Shown: one piece after another, positions 47,968 to 57,391 of the stretch
Position numbering within the stretch: position 1 is the stretch's first letter
Layout: each line of letters starts with the position of its first letter
Sequence record: MH791411.1
From: Escherichia phage Ecwhy_1
Reading direction: 5' to 3' (one strand)
Length of the DNA: 64,000 nt
Position numbers and translations under genes: made by a program
The notes under the pieces: generated by a model
Seen by the model: the letters and a program-made list of their open reading frames with translations, nothing else
Told to the model about the DNA's origin: nothing
Database searches by the model: none

Positions 47968-48555
47968 TTACCAGCCTAATGTACCAGTTTGTGTTGGATT
48001 TCCAGTACTGACTGGGAAAGATGAACCTTTTTGTGTTGTACTTGGTCTGTATGTATTGAATCGTGATACGCGTTCAATGTTGATAGCAGTAATACCAGAA
48101 GTTCCAACGGTAATAGTCCCGATGAACATTATAATCTGTGATTCTTGTAATTGTGAAGTTGAGATTCTATAAATTGGCTCTCCCAGTACTAAAGTAGCGT
48201 ATACATATTGTGTTTGTGTGCCTGATGCCACTGTTGGTGCTGTCACTGCAACAACAGGGTAATTATAAAGATAGCCACCGATGAATGCAGGTATCTCTCG
48301 GTTAAAACGTAATGAATAACCGCTTGATGTAATTGACAAACTAGATACATCATAAAGTTCACCATATTGTGATAATGGTAAACCGTTAACAATAGAATCA
48401 ACTTCATCTTTTGTTAAGAGGGGGAATGTACATTCCCCATTTGCGTCTGTTCGATACGATACGTCATTAATATCACTAATAGATAGTCCAGTGTTTTTAT
48501 TCTGGACTACGATTTGTGACATAGCTTCGATATCGGATCTTATAATATATGCCAT
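47968..48555 (-). CDS. short fibre-family protein (N- and C-terminal modules only)
   Basis: 195 aa; LPLSQYGELY at the N-terminus and FNTYRPSTTQKGSSFPVSTGNPTQTGTLGW at the C-terminus match the two long fibre genes; no central domain. Confidence 0.6.
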   Translation of the reverse strand: MAYIIRSDIEAMSQIVVQNKNTGLSISDINDVSYRTDANGECTFPLLTKDEVDSIVNGLPLSQYGELYDVSSLSITSSGYSLRFNREIPAFIGGYLYNYPVVAVTAPTVASGTQTQYVYATLVLGEPIYRISTSQLQESQIIMFIGTITVGTSGITAINIERVSRFNTYRPSTTQKGSSFPVSTGNPTQTGTLGW

Positions 48556-48567
48556 AAGATTAATCCT

Positions 48568-51264
48568 TTACCAATTGATTGTTCCTGTTTGTGACGGTAG
48601 ACCATAACTAACTGGGAATGAAGAACCAGCAGCTTCAAGAGACGCACCGAAAATATCCAATCTTGAACGTTTTTGTATGTTAACATTTGATATTTGTAGT
48701 GAGTTTGTTTGTATAGTACCTATCCAGAAAATATTATATGCTGTAGAACCAGTTTCTGAAATAACATCAGTTGTTATTACATATTTTGCATTACCTTGTT
48801 CCATTTTAACATATACATGAAATAATGTGTTTGCTGGATTAGCCTTAACTGTAGTTAAGTTTATACTAGTAATCGGTAATGTAAATGCTTTACCAGAAAG
48901 AATTACTGGAGTTTCTTCTGTGAAGTACACAATAAAACCTTGAGCAACGTCTTGTGAAACTACGTTAATCGGTGCACCTTGAGCAGTCCAGTTATTATAA
49001 TCAGCAATTGTAGTACCACATTTTTGGAAAGTCATTTTGTTTACATAGTCTATTGCTTGGAAATAACCAAAACCAATACCAGGTAAAGCTGCTGGTTGAA
49101 TACCTTGCTCATAACTTGCATGTGAACCACTGATAATAAAACTATCAAATTGTGCAGTTGCTTTTGTTACATATGCTCTGAATTGGTGTGTGTTTGTATT
49201 ACCAATAGTTGGGTGAGATAATGGGTCAGAACCACCTATGAAGTAGAAAGAACCACCATCATATATTGTTAAACCAACAGAAGACGAAGCAAAACTACCA
49301 TTACCATTTGGTGTAAAGTTACTTCCGTAAACGTTTTCTAGTACTAAACGCTTGAAGGTAATTGTAGTGATATTACCTGAACGTGTATTCACATTCACTT
49401 CAGCAATTCTAATATAGTTCTGATATGTATTTGTAACTGTACTTAGCATTACGAATGCAGGTATATCAGTTTGTTGTGGAACAAACAATGTCATATCTTT
49501 ATAAGCAGCGGAAGATAAGTTCCAGTCGCTTAGTACTTTGGCGTATTCAGCATTTCTGAAATTATCAAGTACAGATTGAGTAACACTAATGATACCAGTT
49601 CCGTTCATATTTTTATCATATGATAGTGATTGGGAATATCTCTGACCTACCATGAATATCCCACCATTTGTAGTAACATTATTACCACTAATGGAACTAA
49701 TAAAAACTCTGTTGTTCGTGTTATCTGTCACATTAGCACGTTCTGTTGTTGGCTCATAACCTTGTATGGTTCCACGTGATAAAGAATTAAACGTAAAGTT
49801 AGGAGTACTTTTATGAACTGCATAAGATGGACGGAATGCACCAGAACCAGTTGAACGAGAATACTGTTTAGTACTGTTCCCTGGAAGCAATTCTACGCCG
49901 TTAATAAAAGAACCAACTGCTGAACCAAATGAAGGACGAACTATGCCATTTCTGAAATCAGTTGAAATGTTCGCACGTACATTAATCATGCTATATATTG
50001 ATTGTGCAGTAAATTTAGCTTTCTGCATAAGCAATGGTTCTGCTAAGTTTGGACATGCAGTACAGAATACTTCACCTGTATTCAGATAATAATATGAACT
50101 GTAAATGTTTCTTGCACCGCTATGGTCATATAAAGGATCTTTGTTGAGAACGTTACCAGTAGCAACCAATGCCGAACCTGTGTTTGTAACAACAAATGGT
50201 GCAGCAAATGTACCAATATCGTTCCCATTATCCAAGTTACATTGTTTAGTACTCATGTTAAAATTGAAACTATAACTATGCTGTGGTCGGGTATTGTAGT
50301 TTGCCATAGTGAACCATGCGTCACCATTCATTCTGAATCGGAAGTTCTGCGTTCCTGGCTCCTGAGCAACATATAAATCGATAGATGTCATATAAATCCC
50401 CATACCAGCCAAATTTTGTGGTACATAGACATATGGCTTATCAGCAATATTAGTTGAGTTAACATGGTCAGTAATGATTATATTATTCTGAGCAGTATAT
50501 GTAGTATTGTAAAAAGTTTTTGTTGTCCATCCCGTGATTCGGGTAGCAGTATAAGTACCGTTTGCAATATTCAATACAACACGAACAACAACAATCTGTA
50601 GTTTGTTATTTTCATTAAGGACGTTGAATACATAAACTGAACCGTCTTCTGCCATCATAGCATACTCAATCCCACCTTCAGGTGAAATATCAGCTTGGTT
50701 CACAAAAAGACCACTATGTTGTGTATCATCCAATGTACCATTCGTTACTGATATAAACAACCCATTAGTATTGGTAGATGTGTCATTGTAACGACCTAAT
50801 AGTATTTTTGAATCAGTATTGTATAAACCAATAGCAACACGGTTTGCCCCAAAATAGCCAGGCTTATACTGACGGCTTGTATTAACAGTACGGCTCATAT
50901 CGGTAACGGATAATGCGTTCGCTAGGTAAGAATAAAATAAACCTTCAACACTACCGTTTGTACCACTACGTAATAGTACTAATGTGCCATCGTTTTCTAA
51001 AAGTATTTTGTTTCTACGTTGGGATTGGTTTTCTGATGCACCATTAAAATCACCAGATACCCCAGCAGGTAGATAGTTATGTGTACCATAATGCGAGATT
51101 GGAAGTAAACTAATTACATCAAGTAATTCTTCTTTGGAATATGTATCAATTTCCATATTACCATTAGCATCAAATACTTGATCATTGATGCCCTGTACTG
51201 TTCTTTTCCCTTTAACTGTCACATTATGAGTGACGTCTAAGCCACCATATATTTTCTTTGACAT
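48568..51264 (-). CDS. tail fibre / receptor-binding protein, paralogue 2
   Basis: 898 aa; N-terminal LLPISHYGTHNYLP, C-terminal module ending GTINW; AAGGA RBS. Confidence 0.7.
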   Translation of the reverse strand: MSKKIYGGLDVTHNVTVKGKRTVQGINDQVFDANGNMEIDTYSKEELLDVISLLPISHYGTHNYLPAGVSGDFNGASENQSQRRNKILLENDGTLVLLRSGTNGSVEGLFYSYLANALSVTDMSRTVNTSRQYKPGYFGANRVAIGLYNTDSKILLGRYNDTSTNTNGLFISVTNGTLDDTQHSGLFVNQADISPEGGIEYAMMAEDGSVYVFNVLNENNKLQIVVVRVVLNIANGTYTATRITGWTTKTFYNTTYTAQNNIIITDHVNSTNIADKPYVYVPQNLAGMGIYMTSIDLYVAQEPGTQNFRFRMNGDAWFTMANYNTRPQHSYSFNFNMSTKQCNLDNGNDIGTFAAPFVVTNTGSALVATGNVLNKDPLYDHSGARNIYSSYYYLNTGEVFCTACPNLAEPLLMQKAKFTAQSIYSMINVRANISTDFRNGIVRPSFGSAVGSFINGVELLPGNSTKQYSRSTGSGAFRPSYAVHKSTPNFTFNSLSRGTIQGYEPTTERANVTDNTNNRVFISSISGNNVTTNGGIFMVGQRYSQSLSYDKNMNGTGIISVTQSVLDNFRNAEYAKVLSDWNLSSAAYKDMTLFVPQQTDIPAFVMLSTVTNTYQNYIRIAEVNVNTRSGNITTITFKRLVLENVYGSNFTPNGNGSFASSSVGLTIYDGGSFYFIGGSDPLSHPTIGNTNTHQFRAYVTKATAQFDSFIISGSHASYEQGIQPAALPGIGFGYFQAIDYVNKMTFQKCGTTIADYNNWTAQGAPINVVSQDVAQGFIVYFTEETPVILSGKAFTLPITSINLTTVKANPANTLFHVYVKMEQGNAKYVITTDVISETGSTAYNIFWIGTIQTNSLQISNVNIQKRSRLDIFGASLEAAGSSFPVSYGLPSQTGTINW

Positions 51265-51309
51265 ACATATCCTTGTAATTTAGATATTAGTTACTGTATT
51301 TATGAATGT

Positions 51310-51334
51310 AATAAAAAAGCACCCATTGGGTGCT
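51310..51334 (-). terminator. rho-independent terminator after nrdG
   Basis: Hairpin agcaccc-att-gggtgct (51318-51334); on the minus strand followed by ttttttatt. Confidence 0.65.
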
Positions 51335-51339
51335 TGTGT

Positions 51340-51810
51340 TTAAAAGTCTTTATTTTTATATAAAATTCGTTGGTTATTTGAACCACGAAATGGTAATGTT
51401 AAATTCTTTTCTTCTGAAACAAATTTACCATCAACTAATACATCTAAGTACTGAAGAATGTCTTTAGCATGATTATTCATAATCTCTTCTAAAGTATATC
51501 CACTCCAGCACCAAATAGTTTTATTGGGATAAGTCTCTTTTACAATCTTACATAGTTCTAAAATTGTTTCTATGTTCTTTTTCATTAGAGGATCTCCACC
51601 AAGGAGGGATAATCCACTAACGTAAGGCTTACTGAGTTCAGCTAAAATTATATCAATTGTATCAGTACTGAACTCTTGTCCACTTCTATAATCCCATGCT
51701 TCTTCATTGAAGCATCCGTCACACCCATGACTGCACCCACTAACAAAAAGGGAGCATCTTACTCCCTCCCCATTAATAAGGTCGTCTTTAATTATCGTCT
51801 GGTAATTCAT
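51340..51810 (-). CDS. nrdG: anaerobic ribonucleotide reductase activating protein (radical SAM)
   Basis: 156 aa; Cx3Cx2C radical-SAM motif in SGCSHGCDGC near the N-terminus; downstream of nrdD. Confidence 0.85.
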   Translation of the reverse strand: MNYQTIIKDDLINGEGVRCSLFVSGCSHGCDGCFNEEAWDYRSGQEFSTDTIDIILAELSKPYVSGLSLLGGDPLMKKNIETILELCKIVKETYPNKTIWCWSGYTLEEIMNNHAKDILQYLDVLVDGKFVSEEKNLTLPFRGSNNQRILYKNKDF

Positions 51811-52114
51811 CTAATATTGCACTCACTATCTCAACGAGAACATCACCATGACATGATTTCGGTTTACAGAAACAGCCAAGACGTTTCCCTGCTAACTCAA
51901 GTAAATCATCAATCTGAACTTCACCGTTAGAAATACGCTCAATAATGTATTCTCTGAACTTTTCGATTGATTCTTCCCTTGTAGCAACAATGAACTCGGC
52001 TTTGGTCTGTTTATCACTGATATGGGTAAATGGGTTGCCCCATTTAGACCCACGACCGATATACACATCATACGGTTCTTTATATTTGTTAACCACAATT
52101 GGCTTTAAATCCAT
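51788..52114 (-). CDS. small conserved protein (DUF4326-like?) between nrdD and nrdG
   Basis: 108 aa; GRGSKWGNPF and a C-terminal CFCKPKSCHGD cluster; my recollection is that this matches the DUF4326 family. Confidence 0.45.
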   Translation of the reverse strand: MDLKPIVVNKYKEPYDVYIGRGSKWGNPFTHISDKQTKAEFIVATREESIEKFREYIIERISNGEVQIDDLLELAGKRLGCFCKPKSCHGDVLVEIVSAILDELPDDN

Positions 52115-52122
52115 AATGTACC

Positions 52123-53928
52123 TTATTTGTGTTGTATACGCTCACAACATTCTTGTTGTTTGCCTTTGTTGAATCCACGAGACGATGGGTTCCCCAAATA
52201 TCCAGAAACACGACGAATCACTGAGATTGTCTTCTCATTGCGATTATCACATACTGGACAATGAAAACCGTGTTTATCTACACTGAACTCACCTTTATAC
52301 CCACACTCGTAACACTGGTCAATTGGCTGGTTGATGCCAAAATATGGAATCTTTGTGTAAGCGTAATTGACTAAAGTCTCAAGTGCTTGAATATTGTTAC
52401 TTAGGTTGGGTGATTCCACATAACTGATGTTTCCTCCATTACTGAGGTAAGCAAAGCCCTCTTCGTAGCTCCACTTATCAAATGCAGAACTTTCTACCCA
52501 TACTGGTTGATGGAAGGAATTTGTGATGTAATCACGTTTTAGTACTGAAGGGTATTTAGATTCGATGCAACGTGCAAATTTGTAGCAAAGTGACTCTGCT
52601 GGGGTTCCATATAGACTAAAAGCTATATTACTCTCTTTTTTGAACTCATCGCATTTTACTTTCATATAATTCAGTACTGACATACAGAACTCCTTACTGA
52701 TAGAACCAGTCAGAATTTCTGAACATTCAACTAAACCAACGTAACCAATACTAATACTAGCATATCCGTTATAAAATAGCTTGTCAATCGTTTCTTCTGC
52801 CCCTAAACGTGAAAGTGCACCTTCCATGAACAAAATCGGATTCTGCTTCGCTTTTGTGCCTTTTAAACGCTCTACGCGGTTCATCTGAGCACGATATGCA
52901 ATATTCATATGCTCGTCTATTTTATCAAAAAACTCTCCATCTGAGGCACTTTCAAGAGCAATTAGAGGTAAATTGATAGAAACCACGCCTAAGTTGAAAC
53001 GACCGTTATATTGCTCATTTCCATTGGAATCTTCCCATTTTCCTAAAAATGAACGACAACCCATAGGAGTTACTGCTGTACTGCTACTTCCTGTAACTTT
53101 GTGATTTAACGGCACAGAAACGAAGTCTGGGTAGATTCTCTTCGATGCACAACGCATTGCCAACTGTTTCATGTCATAGTTGCAATCATCGCTATTCATG
53201 TTGATTCCGTCCTGTAAAAAGAAAATTACTTTAGGAAACACAGGAGTGATCTTATCTTTACCTAAACCATTCTCATGTACTTTTAAGTACTGTTCAGTGA
53301 TTAATTTACCAAATTTTGAAGTATTCAGTCCTAAACTAAGAGAAATGAATGCTGCTTGACCATTTGTACTAATCATTGAATTTGTCTGGTAAAGTAAGGT
53401 TTGACACCCATCATAGACTTCTTTTCGTAATTCTTCCTCAATGTATTCAGTACTGAGATTATATGCCTTTTGCTTCGCTAATAGCTTATCCCACGACTTT
53501 TGGACGTAAGGTTCAAGACCAACGTCGATATGAGCCAACGATTGACCACCGTACTGGGAACTAGCAACAGCTTGTACAATTTGTGTCAGTACTGTACATG
53601 CTACACTAAAACTCTTTGGTTCTTCAATTTTGGCACAACCAATGGTAAATCCATTTTTTAGCATATCTGGGTAGTTAACTAAGCAACAGTTAGTTAATGG
53701 GCTGATATAGTAGTCTAAATCATGAATATGACCATAACCATCATTATGCCACTGCATTAGCTCCTTTGGAATAACATCTTGTGAATAATGCTTAGATAGG
53801 ATACCAGCAAGTAAATCCCTGTGTGTATTGACGCATTTCGCATCTTTGTTTGCATTTTCATTTGTAAGATCAGTATTGCTCTGATTTAGGAAATTTGTTA
53901 CGTCAGTATATAATTTATCTAATTGCAT
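52123..53928 (-). CDS. nrdD: anaerobic ribonucleoside-triphosphate reductase (class III RNR)
   Basis: NENANKD ... RDLLAGILSKH near the N-terminus; C-terminal zinc ribbon (CYECG ... CPVCDN) and glycyl-radical loop RRVSGYLGNP. Track start 53955 has no RBS; the ATG at 53928 has AAGGAAAG and gives a T4-like N-terminal length. No intron. Confidence 0.9.
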   Translation of the reverse strand: MQLDKLYTDVTNFLNQSNTDLTNENANKDAKCVNTHRDLLAGILSKHYSQDVIPKELMQWHNDGYGHIHDLDYYISPLTNCCLVNYPDMLKNGFTIGCAKIEEPKSFSVACTVLTQIVQAVASSQYGGQSLAHIDVGLEPYVQKSWDKLLAKQKAYNLSTEYIEEELRKEVYDGCQTLLYQTNSMISTNGQAAFISLSLGLNTSKFGKLITEQYLKVHENGLGKDKITPVFPKVIFFLQDGINMNSDDCNYDMKQLAMRCASKRIYPDFVSVPLNHKVTGSSSTAVTPMGCRSFLGKWEDSNGNEQYNGRFNLGVVSINLPLIALESASDGEFFDKIDEHMNIAYRAQMNRVERLKGTKAKQNPILFMEGALSRLGAEETIDKLFYNGYASISIGYVGLVECSEILTGSISKEFCMSVLNYMKVKCDEFKKESNIAFSLYGTPAESLCYKFARCIESKYPSVLKRDYITNSFHQPVWVESSAFDKWSYEEGFAYLSNGGNISYVESPNLSNNIQALETLVNYAYTKIPYFGINQPIDQCYECGYKGEFSVDKHGFHCPVCDNRNEKTISVIRRVSGYLGNPSSRGFNKGKQQECCERIQHK

Positions 53929-54063
53929 TTTACTTTCCTTGTATTTTGAAATCATCTGGGGGTGAAGTTATTTAACATCACCAGACACCATTATAGCGTC
54001 AGAACAGGGTATTTCTCTTGACCTATATCAAGGAAAGGTCACATTGCTTTATATTTGTACAAA

Positions 54064-54087
54064 TAGAAAAAGCACCACTAGGGTGCT
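54064..54087 (-). terminator. hairpin with short U-run (weak terminator) upstream of nrdD
   Basis: Hairpin agcacc-actag-ggtgct (54071-54087); on the minus strand followed by tttttct. Confidence 0.45.
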
Positions 54088-54204
54088 TTAAAGTACTGCT
54101 AATATAAAAACTGCCCAAATTAGCAGTACTACATTGGTTGGAGCGGCAAAAAACATATATGCAGCAATTGCACTGCATCCGATTACAAGTTTAGCTAGTC
54201 TCAT
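54088..54204 (-). CDS. 38-aa hydrophobic micro-protein (single TM helix)
   Basis: Not in the ORF track (under 60 aa). ATG at 54204 with GGAG RBS; translation MRLAKLVIGCSAIAAYMFFAAPTNVVLLIWAVFILAVL; stop abuts the hairpin. Confidence 0.35.
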   Translation of the reverse strand: MRLAKLVIGCSAIAAYMFFAAPTNVVLLIWAVFILAVL

Positions 54205-54376
54205 CTGGACTCCATGTAATAGTCACAGTAAATGTGCCTTCTTGGAAACCAAACTCATCTTGTGGGATTTGTCCAGCTAATGGGTTAAATCTTGAATCGA
54301 ATGCTTCATGTACGTCTCGCTGAATATCATAGAGACTTTCACCATCGTATTCTTTTTTAAAGATTTCATTCTGCAT
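54191..54376 (-). CDS. hypothetical small protein
   Basis: 61-aa ORF. Confidence 0.4.
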   Translation of the reverse strand: MQNEIFKKEYDGESLYDIQRDVHEAFDSRFNPLAGQIPQDEFGFQEGTFTVTITWSPDETS

Positions 54377-54776
54377 TTATACGTAACGACCCTCGTATTC
54401 TGTCTGGATATCCATCAAATAGATCAATGAATTGGTTTAACGCATAAGTACTGATGAATGGATTATTCTTTGCAAGTTCTATGCGTTTTTCAAAATCCAT
54501 TAATATAATCTCTGGTCTACTGAAATTTCCTTTACGTCTATATGTTAGTAAACGCTCGGTATGACCACTGAACTGAAATTCAAAATATGTTGATGCTGCA
54601 TAATCACTTCCATCAGGAACCGGAATTGAAAAATCAACATTGAACTTATTACCAAATGCGAAAAAATATCCACCATCTTCGTGTGGTATAGTTTTATCAT
54701 TTAGATGGAAATCTATTTCATCACCTAATATATCAAATATCTTGATACTTAGAGACATAAAATCATCGGCTAACAT
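54366..54776 (-). CDS. hypothetical protein
   Basis: 136-aa ORF. Confidence 0.45.
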   Translation of the reverse strand: MLADDFMSLSIKIFDILGDEIDFHLNDKTIPHEDGGYFFAFGNKFNVDFSIPVPDGSDYAASTYFEFQFSGHTERLLTYRRKGNFSRPEIILMDFEKRIELAKNNPFISTYALNQFIDLFDGYPDRIRGSLRINAE

Positions 54777-54787
54777 TTCTTTTTACC

Positions 54788-55006
54788 TTATTTTATAACT
54801 CTACAATAGAAATGAATAATATACGGAAATATAGGATTATCTACGTATGTTGCAAAATTAGCTATGGTAATTTTTTTATAGTACGAGTTATGTATGGATA
54901 TAATGGTTTGTGGGTCGATTGCTTCTCTATTTGATAGTTCAACAAAACGACCACACTTCATATAAGCCTTACCATAATAATCGTAAGTTATCTCATATTG
55001 TTCCAT
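54788..55006 (-). CDS. hypothetical small protein
   Basis: 72-aa ORF. Confidence 0.4.
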   Translation of the reverse strand: MEQYEITYDYYGKAYMKCGRFVELSNREAIDPQTIISIHNSYYKKITIANFATYVDNPIFPYIIHFYCRVIK

Positions 55007-55408
55007 TTATTCTGGATCTTTGTTTTTATCCACTGTATTGTTTTTGTTTAGATCAATACCGAGTGCCACTGCTGCTGCCAGGTTTTCAATACCATCACCA
55101 TTCAAACGAAAACCTTGCTTGAGTAGGTTTTGTGTGTAGTATTTGTTGTAGAAAAATGCCCATACAAACATGGCGATGAAACCTAATGTACCAAAACTAA
55201 TAACGTTCAGGATTACAAAGATGACAAACGCACCGATGAATGTTAGAAAATCAGAACGGAATAGTGCAGGGATTGGACCAAAAAAGAATGTAGTCCATGA
55301 AAAACCATAGAAACCGTCTTTCTTGATTCCAGTACTTTCATTTTTTAAAGAAATAGTTTTAGCCATTGTTGACTCCTTACATGTTATGATTTGGTATACA
55401 GTACACAA
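55007..55408 (-). CDS. membrane protein (two predicted TM helices)
   Basis: 133 aa; hydrophobic stretches TTFFFGPIPALF and FIGAFVIFVILNVISFGTLGFIAMFVWAFF. Confidence 0.45.
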   Translation of the reverse strand: MCTVYQIITCKESTMAKTISLKNESTGIKKDGFYGFSWTTFFFGPIPALFRSDFLTFIGAFVIFVILNVISFGTLGFIAMFVWAFFYNKYYTQNLLKQGFRLNGDGIENLAAAVALGIDLNKNNTVDKNKDPE

Positions 55409-55646
55409 ATACTAAATTGGAAAAGTGTTCAGTACTGGAATATTTTGCTAAATCTGTTATATGGAAGTAGACATCTTTGAAATTATCATTCTCAAATGTC
55501 GTTATTTGTAAACAGTGTGTGGGTCTGAAAATATAATAATAAAATATATCATCTTCAGCCACAACTGTATGGTTTTTGTAGCGTTCAATTTTTTTCATGT
55601 GTGAATAATTTCTTTTACCCCATATTCCATAATTGCCAACGTACAA
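55377..55646 (-). CDS. hypothetical small protein
   Basis: 89-aa ORF overlapping both neighbours; uncertain. Confidence 0.3.
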   Translation of the reverse strand: MYVGNYGIWGKRNYSHMKKIERYKNHTVVAEDDIFYYYIFRPTHCLQITTFENDNFKDVYFHITDLAKYSSTEHFSNLVFVYCIPNHNM

Positions 55647-55963
55647 ATCTCACAAGGCTTGGCAGGGACTGGAATACCATCTTTACTTACCCGTGCAATC
55701 AACAAAGTATGAACTTCAGCACGAGAAGCCAGCAAACATGAGATTTCAGCATGAAGAAATTCACCTTGTGGACGACCAGCACGGATTGCAAAACCTTTCT
55801 GTACTGGGTGAGTATGTGTGTAAGAATTAGTACGTGTTGCCAATACACGACCTTTCTTATCAAGTGCACGAGCAATCACACGATAACGTTTGTAGCTCCC
55901 CACTTGCTCGATTGGTGGCATCCGTCGCAATTCTTCAATTAGTTTCTCAAGTTTACGATTCAT
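55595..55963 (-). CDS. zinc-dependent cytidine/deoxycytidylate-type deaminase domain protein
   Basis: 122 aa; the deaminase zinc-ligand pair HAE (FLHAEISCLL) and PCxxC (AKPCEICTL) at typical spacing; shorter than classical dCMP deaminases. Confidence 0.5.
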   Translation of the reverse strand: MNRKLEKLIEELRRMPPIEQVGSYKRYRVIARALDKKGRVLATRTNSYTHTHPVQKGFAIRAGRPQGEFLHAEISCLLASRAEVHTLLIARVSKDGIPVPAKPCEICTLAIMEYGVKEIIHT

Positions 55964-56586
55964 AAGTCTAAGTCTATACCCTTTTCAAATGATTTCTCTA
56001 GAACCCAAAGTTTACATTCTTCACTCTCCAAATGCATCTTTGCCTCTTTCTGTTGTTCTATTGTACAAGACTTTATAAATTCACGCAAGGCTTCTATTGT
56101 ACTTTTTATATTTTTTATGTCTTCCAGAATTGTTTCTTTGGCTTCAGCATCAATTACAGATGAACTCCACCCGTGACGTTCTTCCCAAATTGTTTTTGTT
56201 GAATTGTAAATTGATGATGTAGAAATGACTGCATGGACCTTATTAAACGTATCGTCTGCTTCTTGTTGGGTGTAATCACCATAAGTGTTTAGCACATTTT
56301 TGTATAGTTCATCAATTGCCTCATCATAAGTATCACCACCGCAATCTAACTCATAATCATGTGCTTGTACCCATTCATCATCTTGCTCAACGTACATAGG
56401 TGAGATGAATTCTACCCAAAATTGTGTCTTTGTATTCAGAGCTTTAAATGATTCAATGCGGTTTGTGATTGGACACACATCATGTGGTTCGATATCAATC
56501 CTTGGGGGAACCATATCTCCGTTGATGAATTTAGGATGGCCCATAATCCACCAGTACTTTTCAGATGTAGTCATTGTAATCTCCAA
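55960..56586 (-). CDS. hypothetical acidic protein
   Basis: 208-aa ORF. Confidence 0.45.
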   Translation of the reverse strand: MEITMTTSEKYWWIMGHPKFINGDMVPPRIDIEPHDVCPITNRIESFKALNTKTQFWVEFISPMYVEQDDEWVQAHDYELDCGGDTYDEAIDELYKNVLNTYGDYTQQEADDTFNKVHAVISTSSIYNSTKTIWEERHGWSSSVIDAEAKETILEDIKNIKSTIEALREFIKSCTIEQQKEAKMHLESEECKLWVLEKSFEKGIDLDL

Positions 56587-56619
56587 ATAAAAAGTACTGC
56601 CACTATAACAGTACTGATA

Positions 56620-56979
56620 TTAAATGTAACGTTTCTTTTTATAATCATACCCTACTTCTTTGTAAAAGTCAAACAAAGAAGCATGGGTAAACGTAGGTAA
56701 CAGATCATATGGGTGCTGATAGTTCGCAATACCAACAACTGCCAGCATTGATTCAGCCGTTCTGGAATTTTCACTATCCCATTCATCTAAACGCCACAGT
56801 GAACAAAGAACTTCACGTTCGTGTTGCTTACCAAGAAAGAATTCAGCTTCACGGTCACGAAATGCACCTACGCTGATAGTACTTTTGTACCAGTCTTTCT
56901 CACCATAAGCTGGCATACGGATAATGTGTTTTTCTTGAGCTTCACCAAAGCGATGAAGAAATGCCACATAATCACTCAT
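56620..56979 (-). CDS. hypothetical protein
   Basis: 119-aa ORF; ATG overlaps the stop of the upstream micro-ORF. Confidence 0.45.
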   Translation of the reverse strand: MSDYVAFLHRFGEAQEKHIIRMPAYGEKDWYKSTISVGAFRDREAEFFLGKQHEREVLCSLWRLDEWDSENSRTAESMLAVVGIANYQHPYDLLPTFTHASLFDFYKEVGYDYKKKRYI

Positions 56980-57146
56980 AACTTATAACCCATTACTGGT
57001 TTTGAATAATCAGGTTCATAAAACTTTTCAGTACTGAACCCTCTGAAATTACCACGACCTGGCTTCGGACAAGCCATCCCTTCTACACCGTGCTTACCCT
57101 GAACCTTTCCGCAGTTTTTGCATTTGTATCCAATAACTTCTTTCAT
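56976..57146 (-). CDS. 56-aa zinc-ribbon-like micro-protein
   Basis: Not in the ORF track. ATG at 57146 overlaps the upstream stop (ATGA), and its TGA overlaps the downstream ATG; translation MKEVIGYKCKNCGKVQGKHGVEGMACPKPGRG... contains CxxC plus a further Cys. Confidence 0.45.
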   Translation of the reverse strand: MKEVIGYKCKNCGKVQGKHGVEGMACPKPGRGNFRGFSTEKFYEPDYSKPVMGYKL

Positions 57147-57391
57147 TGTGCATCCTTTGGAATAGTGTTAAGGCGTGTACGGTTTACAATCTTCCTGCAC
57201 ATGAGATTAAGATCTTGCCCATGACGCATCTCATGGCAAGCATACAATGTACCATCATAGTTAAGTTTAGTCAAATTCTGGCGAATGAACTCTGCATCAG
57301 CCTCCTGAACTTTAGGTGCACAGCCACAGAGAGTAATGGACACAAATATTGTTAATGTAATGAATATATTTTTCATGATATTTTTTCTCAT
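57143..57391 (-). CDS. putative small lipoprotein
   Basis: 82 aa; N-terminal hydrophobic signal ending ITLCGC (lipobox-like). Confidence 0.4.
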   Translation of the reverse strand: MRKNIMKNIFITLTIFVSITLCGCAPKVQEADAEFIRQNLTKLNYDGTLYACHEMRHGQDLNLMCRKIVNRTRLNTIPKDAQ

